The notes below the pieces were generated by a model. That model saw nothing but the letters and a program-made list of their open reading frames with translations, was not told the DNA's origin and did no database searches. A stretch of 64,000 nucleotides of DNA from an uncultured Gemmatimonadales bacterium. Lineage in GTDB: Bacteria > Gemmatimonadota > Gemmatimonadetes > Gemmatimonadales > Gemmatimonadaceae. The stretch covers positions 2,688,001-2,752,000 of the forward strand of contig OY969695.1 of the NCBI GenBank assembly GCA_963701965.1. The letters are read 5' to 3'. A program made the position numbers and the translations under genes. Shown here piece after piece: positions 61,495-64,000 of this stretch. Numbering within the stretch: position 1 is the stretch's first letter; each line of letters begins with the position of its first letter.

Positions 61495-63099
61495 TCACCT
61501 TGGCTTCGAGGGACCGGCCGGTGCGGGATTGGGCAGCGGCTGCGAGAGCATGTCGCCCCAGTTGGTGCGTCCTTCCATCTCTTTCCGCATGCTGTCCGAC
61601 ACGAATGGCTGCCCGAGACGGATCTGCCATCCGCCACCCATCGCCTTGTACAGACCGACGAGGCTCGTGGCGACGGATGAACGCGCATTGGCCAGATCGT
61701 TTTCATCGGTCAGGAGAGAGCGCTGGGCGTCGAGGACCCGTTGGAAGTCCACGGCGCCTTCGCGATACTGCACGAACGACAGGTCTACCGACCGTTGCGC
61801 GCTCTGTACGGCTTTCTCAGCGGACGCCACCCCTTCTTGTGACCGGAGGAAGCCGACGATCGCGTCATCCACCTCTTGTGCCGCTGCGAGCACCGCCTGC
61901 TGGTACTCGACGAGGGACTGCTGATACATCGCATCCTGCACCCGCACGGTATTCTTGATGCGTCCATAGTTGAAGAGCGGATACAACAGCTGGGCCCCCA
62001 ACGAGTAGAAGAAGCTCGCCGGATTGAAGAGCGGTCCGCCGGTTCCCGGAGGGCCGCCGATGAGGCTGCGGAAACCCAGCACGGCGTCGATGGAGAACTG
62101 CGGATACAGCTCGGCCTTGGCGACCCCGACGCGCTCGCTCTGCGCGATGGCGCTGAGCTCCGCGCTCCGGACGTCGGGACGCCGGCGGAGCAAATCGGCG
62201 GGCACGCCCAACGCGACGTTGGGCGGCACCGTTGGAATGCCTTTCTGGAGCTGGAGCAGCTCTTGGAGCGAGCCGGCATTTTGCCCGAGCAAGGTGCACA
62301 GCGCGTTCTGCGTCTGTTGCAAGTTCGCCAAGAGCGGTGGGATCGATGCGCGCGTGCCCTCAAGTAACGTCGTCGCTTGGTCCACGTCCAGTTCCGAAGT
62401 GGCGCCGTTGCGGAATCGGGCATCCGCAATGCGGAGTCCTTCTTCTTGAATCCGGACATTCGTCCGGGCCTGGTCGACGAGCACCTCGTACGTGCGCATG
62501 ATCGTGTACGTCCGCGCGACTTCGGCGGTCAGCGAGACGACGGCGTTGTCGTAGTCGGCGACCGTTCCCAGGTAATTCGCGGTCTGCGCCTTCACTTCCT
62601 TCCGGTACTTGTGCCAGAAGTCCAACTCCCAGACCGCGTCGAACCCCACCTCGTACACACCGAAGTTGGAAGCGGCTGTACTGCTGAGCGCGTCGGCCGC
62701 GCGATCACTCAGGCCGACGGCGGCCACCCGGGCGAGCGCCACCTGGAACTGCGGATACTGCGAGCCGACGGCGATGTGCAGCTGGGCCCGCGCGGTCAGG
62801 ATGCGGAGCCCTGACGTCTGGAGCGGGAGATTCTGGTGGTAGGCGAGCGCAATGAGGCGCGCGAGTGTCGTATCGCCGAACACGGTCCACCAAGCGCTGT
62901 CGATGCTCGTCAGCGTCCTGAGCGTGACGCGCGGGTCGCCCTGCCCCTGCCATTCGCTCGGTACGGGAAGCTTGGGCGCCACGTACTTCGGGCCCACGGC
63001 GCAGCCCGCGACCACCGACGCCGCGGCGACAAATGCCAGCGCCGCTCCGGAGCCTGGCCAGCCGGGCGCGCGGCTCCTGCGGTGTCTGCCGTCGCGCAT
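61495..63099 (-). CDS. NodT/TolC-family outer-membrane efflux lipoprotein
   Basis: VAGCAVGP, WW..FGD..L, WELDFW, LLRRRPDVR, LYKAMGGGW. Confidence 0.93.
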   Translation of the reverse strand: MRDGRHRRSRAPGWPGSGAALAFVAAASVVAGCAVGPKYVAPKLPVPSEWQGQGDPRVTLRTLTSIDSAWWTVFGDTTLARLIALAYHQNLPLQTSGLRILTARAQLHIAVGSQYPQFQVALARVAAVGLSDRAADALSSTAASNFGVYEVGFDAVWELDFWHKYRKEVKAQTANYLGTVADYDNAVVSLTAEVARTYTIMRTYEVLVDQARTNVRIQEEGLRIADARFRNGATSELDVDQATTLLEGTRASIPPLLANLQQTQNALCTLLGQNAGSLQELLQLQKGIPTVPPNVALGVPADLLRRRPDVRSAELSAIAQSERVGVAKAELYPQFSIDAVLGFRSLIGGPPGTGGPLFNPASFFYSLGAQLLYPLFNYGRIKNTVRVQDAMYQQSLVEYQQAVLAAAQEVDDAIVGFLRSQEGVASAEKAVQSAQRSVDLSFVQYREGAVDFQRVLDAQRSLLTDENDLANARSSVATSLVGLYKAMGGGWQIRLGQPFVSDSMRKEMEGRTNWGDMLSQPLPNPAPAGPSKPR

Positions 63100-63109
63100 C
63101 GCATCCCCC

Positions 63110-64000
63110 TCAGGCTCTCGCGCTCCCGGCAGGTTCGACGCGTACGGCCTGGAACGTGTCGACCCACGTGCGGTAGCGGCGTGCAATCTCCGTGACCGCC
63201 GCGTCTCGCGTGATCTTTCCGGCCCGCCAGTCCACGAGTGGATCCCAGAACGTCGTGCGTCCCACCGCGAAGCCCACGAAGCCCGGGACCGCCGCCGCCG
63301 TGGTGAGCCAGTGGCGCACCTTGTCATCACCCTCGGCCCGGCCCAGGACGATGCACCCCACGTGATCCCGCCCGCCGCGGCGCGCCGTCTCTACGATCCG
63401 CACGCAGTCGTCGCGGCGGTCCAGGCCTTCGATCTTCCAGACGTCGGGCTCGACGCCGGCGTCCTGCAGCTCTTCGATAGCGCGCACCATGAGTCGCGGC
63501 CGAACCTGGAGATCATACACGTCCCTGCCACGATCGAGCTGCGATTTCTCGGGCGGCACCAAGAGCTCGAACATGTATCGCGTCTGGTCGCTCGTATGCA
63601 GGTAGTCCGACAGCTGTGCCAGGCGTCGCGCCTGACGTCGGTTCAACGGCACATCACCCTGCGGATTGTAGCGGACCAACACCTTGCAGAACGTGGTGGG
63701 GCGCGCGGCGATCTGGGCGGCGAAGTTCTCGTACTCGAAGTCGAACTCGGCCTGGCCGCTTTTCTCGGCCGGACTCGCGGTGACGAAGCCGCCCTTGATC
63801 GCGTCCGAGAGAATGTCCGAGCCGAACATTCTCATCGACGAGGATTCCAGCCTTCTCCCGAGGGACCCCCGCCTGTACGGCCGCCTCGAAGGCGTCGTAG
63901 ATCACTCGCTTGGTGGCAGCGATCTCCGCCGTCTGCTCGGGACTCAGCTCGCCCCGCCAGCCGAACATTTGCGTCTTGAAGGAGCCACGATGGTCGAACG
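63110..64000 (-). CDS. DUF2090 aldolase-like protein (5' partial, frameshift at about 63829)
   Basis: FDHRGSF, GILVDE, EKSGQ, KVLVRYNP, EPDVWKIEG, VLGR, GFAVGRT. Confidence 0.88.

Overview
GC-rich bacterial chromosome segment. Gene content suggests Gemmatimonadota, but that is inference. From left to right it holds: the end of an H4MPT-linked C1 cluster (fae, mtdA/C-type, DUF1464, ATP-grasp); an M16 peptidase pair, NUDIX, ECF sigma/anti-sigma, holA and SPOR; mntH-mntR-mutS; an ECF/HEAT-repeat module; peptidases, cbs, ddl, rhomboid and queF; aroF; Ku divergent from a truncated DnaA paralog; ada-alkA/ogt; an ECF/CBM48 module; and an xfp-ackA-ROK plus RbbA-type efflux block. Four signals missed by the ORF track stand out. 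(1) A 22-aa Tyr/Phe/Trp-rich leader peptide with a full terminator/antiterminator set upstream of DAHP synthase. (2) A 63-bp palindromic element inserted in frame in both alkA and ogt. (3) A Cas4-like nuclease split into two membrane-anchored ORFs. (4) A DnaA lacking domain I and the Arg finger, flanked by DnaA boxes and head-to-head with Ku. About eight genes carry small frameshifts, probably assembly indels. No rRNA, tRNA, CRISPR array or transposase was recognised. All family calls come from motif recognition, not database searches.
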